Both the position numbers and the translations under genes were made by a program. From Candidatus Sericytochromatia bacterium (GTDB lineage Bacteria > Cyanobacteriota > Sericytochromatia > S15B-MN24 > JAQBPE01), in the NCBI GenBank assembly GCA_035285125.1, contig JAYKHR010000048.1:32001-96000 (forward strand): a stretch of 64,000 nucleotides of DNA. The letters run 5' to 3'. Shown here piece by piece: positions 8,571 through 16,966 of this stretch. The first letter of the stretch is position 1; every line of letters starts with the position of its first letter. The notes under the pieces are model-generated. The model saw nothing but the letters and a program-made list of their open reading frames with translations, did no database searches and had not been told where the DNA came from.

Positions 8571-9748
8571 GGCCCGGGAGGCACCGGGGCGGTCGTGGCG
8601 GGCGCCCCCGGCTCCCGTGGCGGCACCAGAGCCATGGGCAGCCACTGCGTGAGGAACTGGTGGTACTCCGCGAAGTGGGCCCAGTCCACGGGGCGCGCCT
8701 GGCCTCGCCAGACGAAGAGCCCCGCGCGATCGCCCGCCCGGTCCTGCAAGACCTTCAGCACGTCCTGCTGGTAGGCCTCGCTACCTACCAGCATCAGCGG
8801 CACCGGCGCCACGCGTGCCACGAGCTCGGCCAGAGGCCGCTCTGGCCGACCCGCCGCCAGGCGAAGGCCACCGGCGACCCGCCAGTGCAGGCGCCCAAAC
8901 AGGCCCAAAGGGCTCCACGAGGCCCCCAGGCCCCCCCCCCACGTGAGGGTCGGACCGACGAGCGCCAGCGCCTCGAACCGCCGCTCGGTAGCTGCCAGCG
9001 TGGCCCCGAGGCAGGCGTCCTGCTCCGCCACGACGGCGATCCGCTGGTATCCTCGGCTGCGCAGGAACGCCACGGCGGCGAGGACATCCTGGCGGTCTGC
9101 GCCGTCAGGGGTTTTGAAACCACCGCTGTCCCCCTGGCCCCTTGGGTCGAGGACCAGCACCCCGAAGTCGTTGGCCAGCCACGTCGCGAGCGTGACGGTC
9201 GCAAAGGAGGCCCGGTTGGCGCGCCACCCGGGCACGATCACCACGGCGTATGGCGTCCGGTTGTCCAGGTGGGTTGCGCGGAGGCGCACGCCATCCGCGG
9301 CCTGGAACGCCACCTCGGTGGCGGAGGGGCCATACGAGACGGGGTGGGCAGGCAGGGCGTAGTGAGCGTTGCCCTGGAGCCCGCGGGTCCAGGTGATCTT
9401 GGCCAGCAGACAGCCCGCGGCGGACAGCCCGATCGCGGCGGCCGCCACCCCCACAAGCACAGCCGCCCGGTCCAGGAGTCCGCGCCGGCCGAGGGCCCAC
9501 CCGAGCCACCCCGTCAGGGTGACGATCAGCACGCCACAGGCGTAGCTCGCATCCGGCCAGGCTTCGAAGGCCGAGGTGGCGAACTGGAGCAGGGTGACCA
9601 GCAAGAAGGTGGGGAGCAACACCGTGAGGGCCGTGCCGGCCTCCCGCCCGAGCAAGCGCGAAGCCGGCGCCACCCAGGTGTTGGGCAGGGCCAACCGCCC
9701 TGGCTGCTCGGGCGCGTCCTCATCCCAAAGCTCACCCGCCACGCTCAC
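8567..9748 (-). CDS. Membrane-anchored alpha/beta-hydrolase-fold protein (nucleophile motif apparently lost)
   Basis: Three N-terminal TM segments, EVAFQAADGVRL, VLVLDPRGQGDSGG, DVLAAVAFL; AEQDA where GxSxG is expected. Confidence 0.7.
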   Translation of the reverse strand: MSVAGELWDEDAPEQPGRLALPNTWVAPASRLLGREAGTALTVLLPTFLLVTLLQFATSAFEAWPDASYACGVLIVTLTGWLGWALGRRGLLDRAAVLVGVAAAAIGLSAAGCLLAKITWTRGLQGNAHYALPAHPVSYGPSATEVAFQAADGVRLRATHLDNRTPYAVVIVPGWRANRASFATVTLATWLANDFGVLVLDPRGQGDSGGFKTPDGADRQDVLAAVAFLRSRGYQRIAVVAEQDACLGATLAATERRFEALALVGPTLTWGGGLGASWSPLGLFGRLHWRVAGGLRLAAGRPERPLAELVARVAPVPLMLVGSEAYQQDVLKVLQDRAGDRAGLFVWRGQARPVDWAHFAEYHQFLTQWLPMALVPPREPGAPATTAPVPPGP

Positions 9749-12057
9749 GGCCCTTCACGCTCCCAGACAAACACGAGGACGTCGTCAGCCGCGAGGTGTC
9801 CCTCGAGCCGAGCCCCGATCGCCTCACCACGGGTCTCACCCTCGGCCCAGGCGTCGCTGAAGCGCCACCCTTCCACAGGCACATGGAGGGTCAAGGAGAA
9901 GTCTCGCGCGGACCCGCGGTTGAACACGAAGGCGAAGCGGTGGCGCTCGCCCTCGCGCACCACCACCTCGAGGTTGGCGACCGGCGTGTGCGCCGACGCC
10001 ACCCCGACCCGCTCCAGCAAGGTGCCGAGGAACCCCGTGACGGAGGCCTTCCGCCCCGGGTCATCCAGGTAATACCCCGGAGAGTCGAAGGCGGCTCCGA
10101 GCAAGGTGCCGATGAAGATGCTTCGGCCATGGCCGTACCCGACCTCGTAGCCAGCCGACCGCCGGCCCTGCCGCAACAGGGAGCGGGTGCCGAAGCGCGG
10201 CCCGGCTTCGCACCAGGTCACCAGGCGCGAGGCCCACAGAGCCCCGAGCCCCCCCGTGCCCTCCAGCATCCGCCCAGCGCGGGTGGCATAGCGGTTCAGG
10301 AGCATGGCCGGCTGCATCCCCAGCACCGTGAAGGCACAGAACCGGTGACCGATCCCCCCCGTCCTGGTCCGCCAGTGAACGCGCACCAGGTCCCAAGCCG
10401 TCCGCCACATGACCCACCACGAGGAGGGGTTCGAGACCCCCCGGACCCGCCCGGGCAGCAGGGTGCCGCCCTCGGAGAAGGGGGTCCCGAGGGTGATGAG
10501 GGTGCCCCCGCTCGCGACGTACTGCTCCAGCTTGCGCTGGAGTCCCGGCTCCAGCCAGCCGATGGAGTTGAAAAACACCGCCTTGTACCGGGCCAGCGCC
10601 TGGGGCGTGACCTTCTCGAGGTTCTGAACCTCCGGCGCAAAGCCAGCCTCGGCCAACGCCCCGAACAACCCGGCGTTCACCGACACCAGCGTGACGGCCT
10701 CGTCGATGGGGCGCTGCGAGCCACGGGCCACGGCCCCCCCGGGGTTCACGGCGGCCGCCAGCATATCGGGCGTGACCGCGGGGCTGTGCAGGATGGCCAG
10801 GTCCGACGGCGGGTCCTGGGTCGCCGCCAGGGCCTGGCCCCAGCGCCGCACGAACCCCGCGAGCCGACGCAGGGTGGCGAGCCGCTCCAGAGGCTGCCCC
10901 CGCTGATCGAGGAATGAACGGAAGACGTAGTCGCCGTCGGAGTCCCTCCCATCCATCAGGATGTAAAAGAAGGAGGCCTGGGTGCCGTGCGCGAAGGCCG
11001 CCATCGTGCTCTGGAAGGTGGCCGCGGGCTTGACCTCACACGCCGGATCGAGCCATCCCGCGCCCATCTCCGCGCACATCAACGGCCCGTCTTCGAGGAA
11101 GGCGTCGAAGAGCTTGGGCACATACGAGATGCTGTAAGGCTGGTCGAAGGTGACGGGCAGGTGGGAGTAACGCGGGTAGATGTCGTAGGCCAGCGGCGCC
11201 ACCTGGTTCTTCTTGCCCAGGTGGGACGGCCACGAGTCCAGCCAGATGTCGTTCAGGAACAGGGGCAACCCGAGGTCGATCGCCTCCCACATCCCCCGCA
11301 GTGCCTGCAGGTAGCGCACCACGTAGTCTTCGACCCAGCGGGCCATGGCATCGGCCTGCTGCTCGTTGAACAGGCGTTCATCGGGCGGTTCGACCACGTC
11401 GAAGGAGGCGAAGTCCGTGCCCCACTCGGCGTTGAGGGCCTCGATCGTGCCATGGTGTTCGGCCAAAACGGTCCTGAGCAAGACGAGGGTCTCGGGGTTG
11501 CGGTCCGTGAGGTGCGGTCCCTGGCCGAACTGCGGGTAGCCCGTCTCGTTGTCGATCTGCAACGCGAACACCACGCCACGTTGGGCAAAGGGCCGCACAA
11601 CGCGCGCGACGGCGTCGAACCAGCCGCGCACGAGGGCCAGGTAGCCCGGGTGGTTCAGCGCCGGCTGCGGGTAGGCCTGCGGGCGCCGGACGACCATGAG
11701 GATCTCGGGGTGCTCGGTCTGGAGCCACAGCGGGATGCCGAAGCCCTGGTACTCCGCAAAGATGAACGGGCCGGGCTTGACCACCAGCGGCAGCCCCAGC
11801 TCCTCGCAGAGAGCCATGAAGCCCACCAGGTCGCGTTCGGGGGCGGTGGTGCCGGAGAAGTCGAGGACACCGGGCTCGGGCTCATGCCACACCCAAGGTA
11901 CGTAGGCCGAGACGACGCCCAGCCCTGCGTCCTTGAGGGTCTCCAGGCTGGGCCGCCAAAGTTGCCGGGGGATGCGGAAGTACTGGAACTCCCCCCCAAG
12001 CAGCAGGTCCGGTCTCCCGTGAACGTGGATCCGTCGTTCCCGGAAGGCGATGGTCAC
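9745..12057 (-). CDS. Beta-galactosidase-like glycoside hydrolase (GH35/GH42-type)
   Basis: GGEFQYFR, YVPWVWHEPEPG, KPGPFIFAE, acid/base QIDNE, nucleophile-like CAEMGAGW, C-terminal trimerisation-like domain. Confidence 0.82.
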   Translation of the reverse strand: MTIAFRERRIHVHGRPDLLLGGEFQYFRIPRQLWRPSLETLKDAGLGVVSAYVPWVWHEPEPGVLDFSGTTAPERDLVGFMALCEELGLPLVVKPGPFIFAEYQGFGIPLWLQTEHPEILMVVRRPQAYPQPALNHPGYLALVRGWFDAVARVVRPFAQRGVVFALQIDNETGYPQFGQGPHLTDRNPETLVLLRTVLAEHHGTIEALNAEWGTDFASFDVVEPPDERLFNEQQADAMARWVEDYVVRYLQALRGMWEAIDLGLPLFLNDIWLDSWPSHLGKKNQVAPLAYDIYPRYSHLPVTFDQPYSISYVPKLFDAFLEDGPLMCAEMGAGWLDPACEVKPAATFQSTMAAFAHGTQASFFYILMDGRDSDGDYVFRSFLDQRGQPLERLATLRRLAGFVRRWGQALAATQDPPSDLAILHSPAVTPDMLAAAVNPGGAVARGSQRPIDEAVTLVSVNAGLFGALAEAGFAPEVQNLEKVTPQALARYKAVFFNSIGWLEPGLQRKLEQYVASGGTLITLGTPFSEGGTLLPGRVRGVSNPSSWWVMWRTAWDLVRVHWRTRTGGIGHRFCAFTVLGMQPAMLLNRYATRAGRMLEGTGGLGALWASRLVTWCEAGPRFGTRSLLRQGRRSAGYEVGYGHGRSIFIGTLLGAAFDSPGYYLDDPGRKASVTGFLGTLLERVGVASAHTPVANLEVVVREGERHRFAFVFNRGSARDFSLTLHVPVEGWRFSDAWAEGETRGEAIGARLEGHLAADDVLVFVWEREGP

Positions 12058-12144
12058 AGGCGCTCCTTCGACAGGCTGAGTTCCACGTCGCAGCCCACCG
12101 CGCCGCGCGGCAGACCCCGCCAGTATAGCGGTTGCGTCTGGACC

Positions 12145-13104
12145 TCACCAGACGAGCAGCGCCTCCAGCAGCCTGCTGTTGCCGCCGAGCACGAGATTGG
12201 CCTGGCCGCTGCCCGTAGAATCCTCGTCCCGCCACAATGAGCTGTCGCCCAGGACGATGATCTTGCCCAGCCCCAGGGGCCCCGCGGCAGCCACCACCCG
12301 GCTGCCCACCTCTGCCAGCACCACGTAGCCACGGGGGGCGACGAGCAGGGGCCGTGCCTCCCCCCCAACGCTCAGCGCGGTCACGCCGATCAGCGTCACG
12401 GGCCTCCCTCCCAGGGCTGACGCAAGCCCCTGATAGGCGGGCCGCAAGACCTGCACGACGAAGTCGTCCTCGGCCGCTGTCCGCACGGTGCCACCGCCGA
12501 AATCGACGCCCGCCGGCCCGGCCAGCGCCCGCATCGTCTCCACGTCCTGGCCCGCGTAGCCCCCCCACTCGCCACACAGGATCAGGCGGCCTCCGCCGCG
12601 AACCCACCGCAACACGGCGCCAACCTCCGAGCCGGACCAGCCGCGTGGCGTGACGAGCAGGAGGACGTCCAGCGCCCCAGGGTGGCCGCCGGGCCAATCG
12701 GCCAGGCGGGTGGTGCGGGCCAGCAGCTCGCGGAGGCCACGGAAGGCCGCCTGGTCACCGCGGGGGTCCACGCCGACGCGCACGGGGTGCTCGCGGGCCG
12801 CCAGCGTACGCACCGGCTGCTCGCCCGGAACTGGTTTCCAGCTGACGCGCGGACAGCGGGGCTTGCTGACGGCCAGCATGTCCCGTCTCACCCCGAGCCT
12901 GTAGCGCCCCTGGTCGTCGCTGAGGGTGGCCGCCGCACCATCGGTGACCACGGCCCCGGCGACGGGCTGCCCGGCCCCGTCGACGAGGCTCCCGGTGACG
13001 AGGAAGCGCGGCGTGTCGGCCTCCCACCACCCACAGCCTGCCAACCACAGCGCCAGGCCGCAAGGCAGCAGGGCCCGCCACAGCGCCTCAGCGAAGGTCG
13101 TCAC
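12145..13104 (-). CDS. Lipoprotein with a carboxypeptidase-regulatory-like Ig domain and a DUF4350/GATase-like domain
   Basis: Lipobox LWLAGC; VTGSLVDGAGQPVAGAVV...DDQGRY; WVRGGGRLILCGE and GLGKIIVLGDSSLW. Confidence 0.68.
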   Translation of the reverse strand: MTTFAEALWRALLPCGLALWLAGCGWWEADTPRFLVTGSLVDGAGQPVAGAVVTDGAAATLSDDQGRYRLGVRRDMLAVSKPRCPRVSWKPVPGEQPVRTLAAREHPVRVGVDPRGDQAAFRGLRELLARTTRLADWPGGHPGALDVLLLVTPRGWSGSEVGAVLRWVRGGGRLILCGEWGGYAGQDVETMRALAGPAGVDFGGGTVRTAAEDDFVVQVLRPAYQGLASALGGRPVTLIGVTALSVGGEARPLLVAPRGYVVLAEVGSRVVAAAGPLGLGKIIVLGDSSLWRDEDSTGSGQANLVLGGNSRLLEALLVW

Positions 13105-14152
13105 GGCTCGCCACCCGCAACGCCCGGGCAAGGTTGAGCCGCCCGAAGCCGTGCTGAAGGTCTGGGCCCGGCGGGCCGGCGTCATCCGCCGCCGCCAGGA
13201 GACACGCCCGCACCTGCCCGGCATTGAAGGCGGGGAACTGCCCCCACAGCAGCGCCGCGGCCGCACTCACGTGCGGCGCGGACATCGACGTCCCCACGAG
13301 CCCCGCCGAGAGCGAGCCCAGCGCGCCTCCGGCCTCCCGCTCCGAGGCCGTCAGGAAGGTTGGCCAGCTGGAAACCACGGGGCTAGTGTCGCTGCCCCCC
13401 GGGGCCATCATATCGAGAGCAGCCCCGAAGCAGGAGTAAGATGCCCGCTGCCCGGCCTCGTCCGTGGCCCCCACGGCGAGCACCTCCGGGAGGCTGGCAG
13501 GGAAGGCGACCTCCCCACCCTCGTTGCCGGCAGCGGCGACCACGAGCACGCCTGCCGCCTGGGCGTCCTGGATCGCCCGGGCCAGCCGCGCCGAATAGCC
13601 GGGGCTGGCCACGCTCAGGTTGAACACCCGTGCCCGCAGGCCCGGGCGCTCCGGGTCACGCCAGGCCAGGGCCCGCCTGACGCCGTCGGCCAGCCACCGA
13701 TCGTTGCCGTTGCCATCGTGGGGAATGACCTTCACGGGCAGCAGCCGGACCGGGGCGTCCCCCGCCACGGCCCGGACGATGCCGGCGACGTGGGTGCCGT
13801 GACCGTTGCCATCGAGCCCCGTGTAGTCCACACGGGTGCCCCCCGCCGTGTGGTGGTCGCGACCGACCACGTCGAGCACCGGATAGACCCGCCCGGCAAG
13901 GCTCGGGTGGTCGGCATCGACGCCCGTGTCAAAGACGGCCACAACCACGGGCTCACCACCAGGGGCCCCCGCGGCGCGGGCCTGCGTCAGGTGCCAACCC
14001 GGGGCCGCCGGCGCGGATGCCGCATGCGCCTGCAAGGGCATCGCGAGCAGCGTCTCTCCCCCGGCGAGGGGCGCCGCCCCCGCCGGCCGAGGGCCACCGC
14101 CGCACCCGAACTGGCCGAAGGCCAGCCCCAACCCCACCACCTGACGCCACAT
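13088..14152 (-). CDS. S8 subtilisin-family serine peptidase (probable lipoprotein)
   Basis: Triad AVFDTGVD / GHGTHVAG / GTSMSAPHV; AAAGN; CAGGAGG RBS. Confidence 0.92.
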   Translation of the reverse strand: MWRQVVGLGLAFGQFGCGGGPRPAGAAPLAGGETLLAMPLQAHAASAPAAPGWHLTQARAAGAPGGEPVVVAVFDTGVDADHPSLAGRVYPVLDVVGRDHHTAGGTRVDYTGLDGNGHGTHVAGIVRAVAGDAPVRLLPVKVIPHDGNGNDRWLADGVRRALAWRDPERPGLRARVFNLSVASPGYSARLARAIQDAQAAGVLVVAAAGNEGGEVAFPASLPEVLAVGATDEAGQRASYSCFGAALDMMAPGGSDTSPVVSSWPTFLTASEREAGGALGSLSAGLVGTSMSAPHVSAAAALLWGQFPAFNAGQVRACLLAAADDAGPPGPDLQHGFGRLNLARALRVASRDDLR

Positions 14153-14303
14153 CCCTGGCCTCCTGCCCCGAGTGGGGCGAGGCCCATGAAGGCATCCACG
14201 CGGCGCCGGCGCGACGACGAAGGCGCCAGAACCCTTCGTGCGTGGCAAAAAGGAGAGCCCCCGCGTCGCCGAAGCGTCGCGGGGGCAGGGCGAGGCGCCA
14301 GCC

Positions 14304-16691
14304 TCAGGTCCGGGGGAGGCCCCCCTTGTCGCCCTGGACCTGCGGGGCCGGGCGAGCCGCCCCGGGCCAGGGCTCAGGCACCCGCAGGGCCTTGGGCCCG
14401 GTGGCCTGAACCATTGGCGTGTCCTGGGCCAGCGTGACGACCAGCCGCGTGTTGGCAGGGTCCTGGTACACCGCCGCCGCCGCAGGCTGCGAAAGCGAGA
14501 CGGCCAGCCGCACGGTGCTCGTGCCCTCCGGCTGGGTGACCAGGAGGTAGTTCAGCGCGGGGTGGGCGTTGGGCGTGAAGAACTGGATTCCACCGTCCCG
14601 GAGCGAGGCAGCCTCGAACACCACGTAGGCAAACGTCGGGGTCACCTGCTCGATGACGTAGCGGGGGACCTCCCCCCGGAAGGGGATGAAGAGGTTGCTG
14701 CCTGCCTGGTCGACCACGAGCGGCGCCAGGGCAGACCGGACCGGGGAGGCTTCTGCCACCGCCACCTTGGCAATCCTGGGCTGGGGAATCACGAGCAGTT
14801 GCTTGCGCTCCGGGTCAGCCGCGATGGAGACTTCGGACGGCTGGCTGAAGGCGAGTTCGAGCGCGAGAGGGCCACGATGGCTGCGGCGGCCGAGCTTCCA
14901 GCTGCCCCAGGCGCCGGTGCGCCGGGCGTCCGGCTGCAGGTGGCTCGGGCTGAGCACGTCGGCCTTGAGTTCGATGACCGCCCCCTGCTCGGAGCGACGG
15001 GCCCACCGGTAAAGCGGTGCCCGGCCCTCGTAGGGGATCGCGAGCCCGAACCGCTCGGCGTCATAGAAGGGACGCCGCACGCGGGACTCGGCCAGGCCAG
15101 AGACGGGCGAGCGGCGCGCAAGCCCCGCCCGAACCGCCAGCCGGTGGGCCGTCGGCTTGGCTTCGGCAGCCTTCGGGGCAGCCTCAACCATCTTCGGGGC
15201 GGCCTCAGGCGCCTTGTCGGATTCAGCGGCGGCAACGGCAACCGGTTGGGCCACCACTGCGGGGCCTGCGGCAGGCATCCTGGCGGCGACGGGCGCAGAG
15301 GCCCGGCGGGGGGTCGCTGCCACCGCCTCGCGCCGGGAGGAGGTGACAGGACCCTGGGCGAGCGCCGTCCCCACGGGCCGGACGGCCACGAGCACGGCGT
15401 CATCGGCGACCTTCACGTCGAGCCGCGAGGGCACGCCAACGGCGAAGGAGACGCGGGTGATGTCCCGGCCGGGGCGACGCGCCATCACCCAGCGCTGGAA
15501 CCGCTTGTCCTCGCGTTCGTGGTAGCGAACGCCGGAGAAAGCGGGCACCGCACCGGCCACGTCGATGTAAGACCACCGCTTGTTCAGGCGCACCGTCTCG
15601 ACGTTGCTGCGTGCGATTCGCCCCGACTGCACGGGAATCACGAGCACCTCGGCACCCGAACGGTAGGCCGGAAGGCCGAGTCGAGCAACATCGTTGCGCC
15701 GCGCGATGTGGACCTTTGGAGAACTCTTGCGGGCGGTGCGAGCCACCTTGATGGCCTTGCGTCCCTTGGCGGCGGCGGCCACGGTGGTGCGAGGGGCCGG
15801 GTCGGCAGCCGCCAGCAGCACCAGCGGCACCCACCCACGATGAGCCGGGCGGGCCACCGCCAGCTTCGTGGCGGCGGCGGCAGCGAAAGCGGGGTGAAGC
15901 GTCGGCCGCGTCACGGTCCGCGCAGCGGCGCGAGCCACCTTCGAGGCTGCAGGAGCCTTGGCCGCGGGGGGGACCCGACGCGTGGGCCCGTTGGCCGCGG
16001 TGCGGTGCTCCACAGCCGAGCCGTGAGCCGCGAGCGCCACGGGGGCCGCTGCGGCCTTGGCCACCCGGGCTGCCGCCTGCGTCGAAGCGGCCTTGGGCGC
16101 CTGGGTGACCGGGGCTGCGGCGTGGTCCGGTGCCAACCGCGCCACGGAGGGGCGCACGGGGAACCCGTCGGCCAAGGCCACGCGCGTTGGGAACCTCGGC
16201 TCGACGCCGCCAGGCTTGCCCGGGGTCTTCAGCGCGAACTTGGGCGCCGGGGCCAGTTGCGGCTGGCCGGCCACGTCGCTTGCAAAGGTGAAGACGAAAC
16301 CGCGCAGCGCGGCATCGTACCGGGCGACAGGCCGGACGTCGTCCGTAACAGTCATCCGGACGCGCACCCCCTTGAGCGTGGGCTCGGCCGTCATCGACCA
16401 GCCCGATAGACGGCTATGGCCGACCACGGCCCCTTGAGGCGCGGAGACGGCCAGGGTGCAGCCCGTGAGATCCGCCACGAACTGGCGAGCGGCCAGCTGC
16501 TGGATGTGGACCCTGGGAGCGGGGCCGCTCACGGGGACCACCAGCCGCTCGCGGTCGGGTTCCCAGGAGGCGACGCCGACGGCGACGACCACCGGCTCGG
16601 CGGCGTAGACCCCCTGTGGCTGGGAGGAGACCACAAGGGCGGCCGCGAGGCCGAGGGTGAAGACTGGACGCAACAGCGAGCGAACTTGCAT
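14304..16691 (-). CDS. Secreted protein with four AMIN-like repeats and Ala/Pro-rich linkers
   Basis: Signal peptide; four repeats of a [WYV][ED]xxxxxL.[IV]P..G motif, each followed by beta-rich AMIN-like sequence. Confidence 0.55.
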   Translation of the reverse strand: MQVRSLLRPVFTLGLAAALVVSSQPQGVYAAEPVVVAVGVASWEPDRERLVVPVSGPAPRVHIQQLAARQFVADLTGCTLAVSAPQGAVVGHSRLSGWSMTAEPTLKGVRVRMTVTDDVRPVARYDAALRGFVFTFASDVAGQPQLAPAPKFALKTPGKPGGVEPRFPTRVALADGFPVRPSVARLAPDHAAAPVTQAPKAASTQAAARVAKAAAAPVALAAHGSAVEHRTAANGPTRRVPPAAKAPAASKVARAAARTVTRPTLHPAFAAAAATKLAVARPAHRGWVPLVLLAAADPAPRTTVAAAAKGRKAIKVARTARKSSPKVHIARRNDVARLGLPAYRSGAEVLVIPVQSGRIARSNVETVRLNKRWSYIDVAGAVPAFSGVRYHEREDKRFQRWVMARRPGRDITRVSFAVGVPSRLDVKVADDAVLVAVRPVGTALAQGPVTSSRREAVAATPRRASAPVAARMPAAGPAVVAQPVAVAAAESDKAPEAAPKMVEAAPKAAEAKPTAHRLAVRAGLARRSPVSGLAESRVRRPFYDAERFGLAIPYEGRAPLYRWARRSEQGAVIELKADVLSPSHLQPDARRTGAWGSWKLGRRSHRGPLALELAFSQPSEVSIAADPERKQLLVIPQPRIAKVAVAEASPVRSALAPLVVDQAGSNLFIPFRGEVPRYVIEQVTPTFAYVVFEAASLRDGGIQFFTPNAHPALNYLLVTQPEGTSTVRLAVSLSQPAAAAVYQDPANTRLVVTLAQDTPMVQATGPKALRVPEPWPGAARPAPQVQGDKGGLPRT

Positions 16692-16966
16692 CGTTCTGGT
16701 TCTCTCCTGGACCGGGACACCAGGCTGGATAAACTTTGAGATCGGCCAGGTTGGGAGGACCCTGCCGTTGCGCGCCTTCACCGACTATGATGGAGACGCC
16801 GGACACATGGATATGCCTGATCCGGCGTCATCATGGCGAGTTGCCTCGCCGACTGGATGTGAGCGACGCACCATGGCGCCGTTTCGAGCCCAGTCTGGAG
16901 ACGTGGTGCGCCGCGTGGTGCTTGAGCTGTGATGGTTCCAACTTTTTTGAGGGAGCGTGGCGACAA

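Noticed and set aside
16860..16910. Cobalamin riboswitch upstream of the nrdD-like gene
   Set aside because: Only a loose AGTCTGGAGAC resemblance to the B12 box; the GGGAA, CCC..ACTGT and GCCACTG cores are absent.
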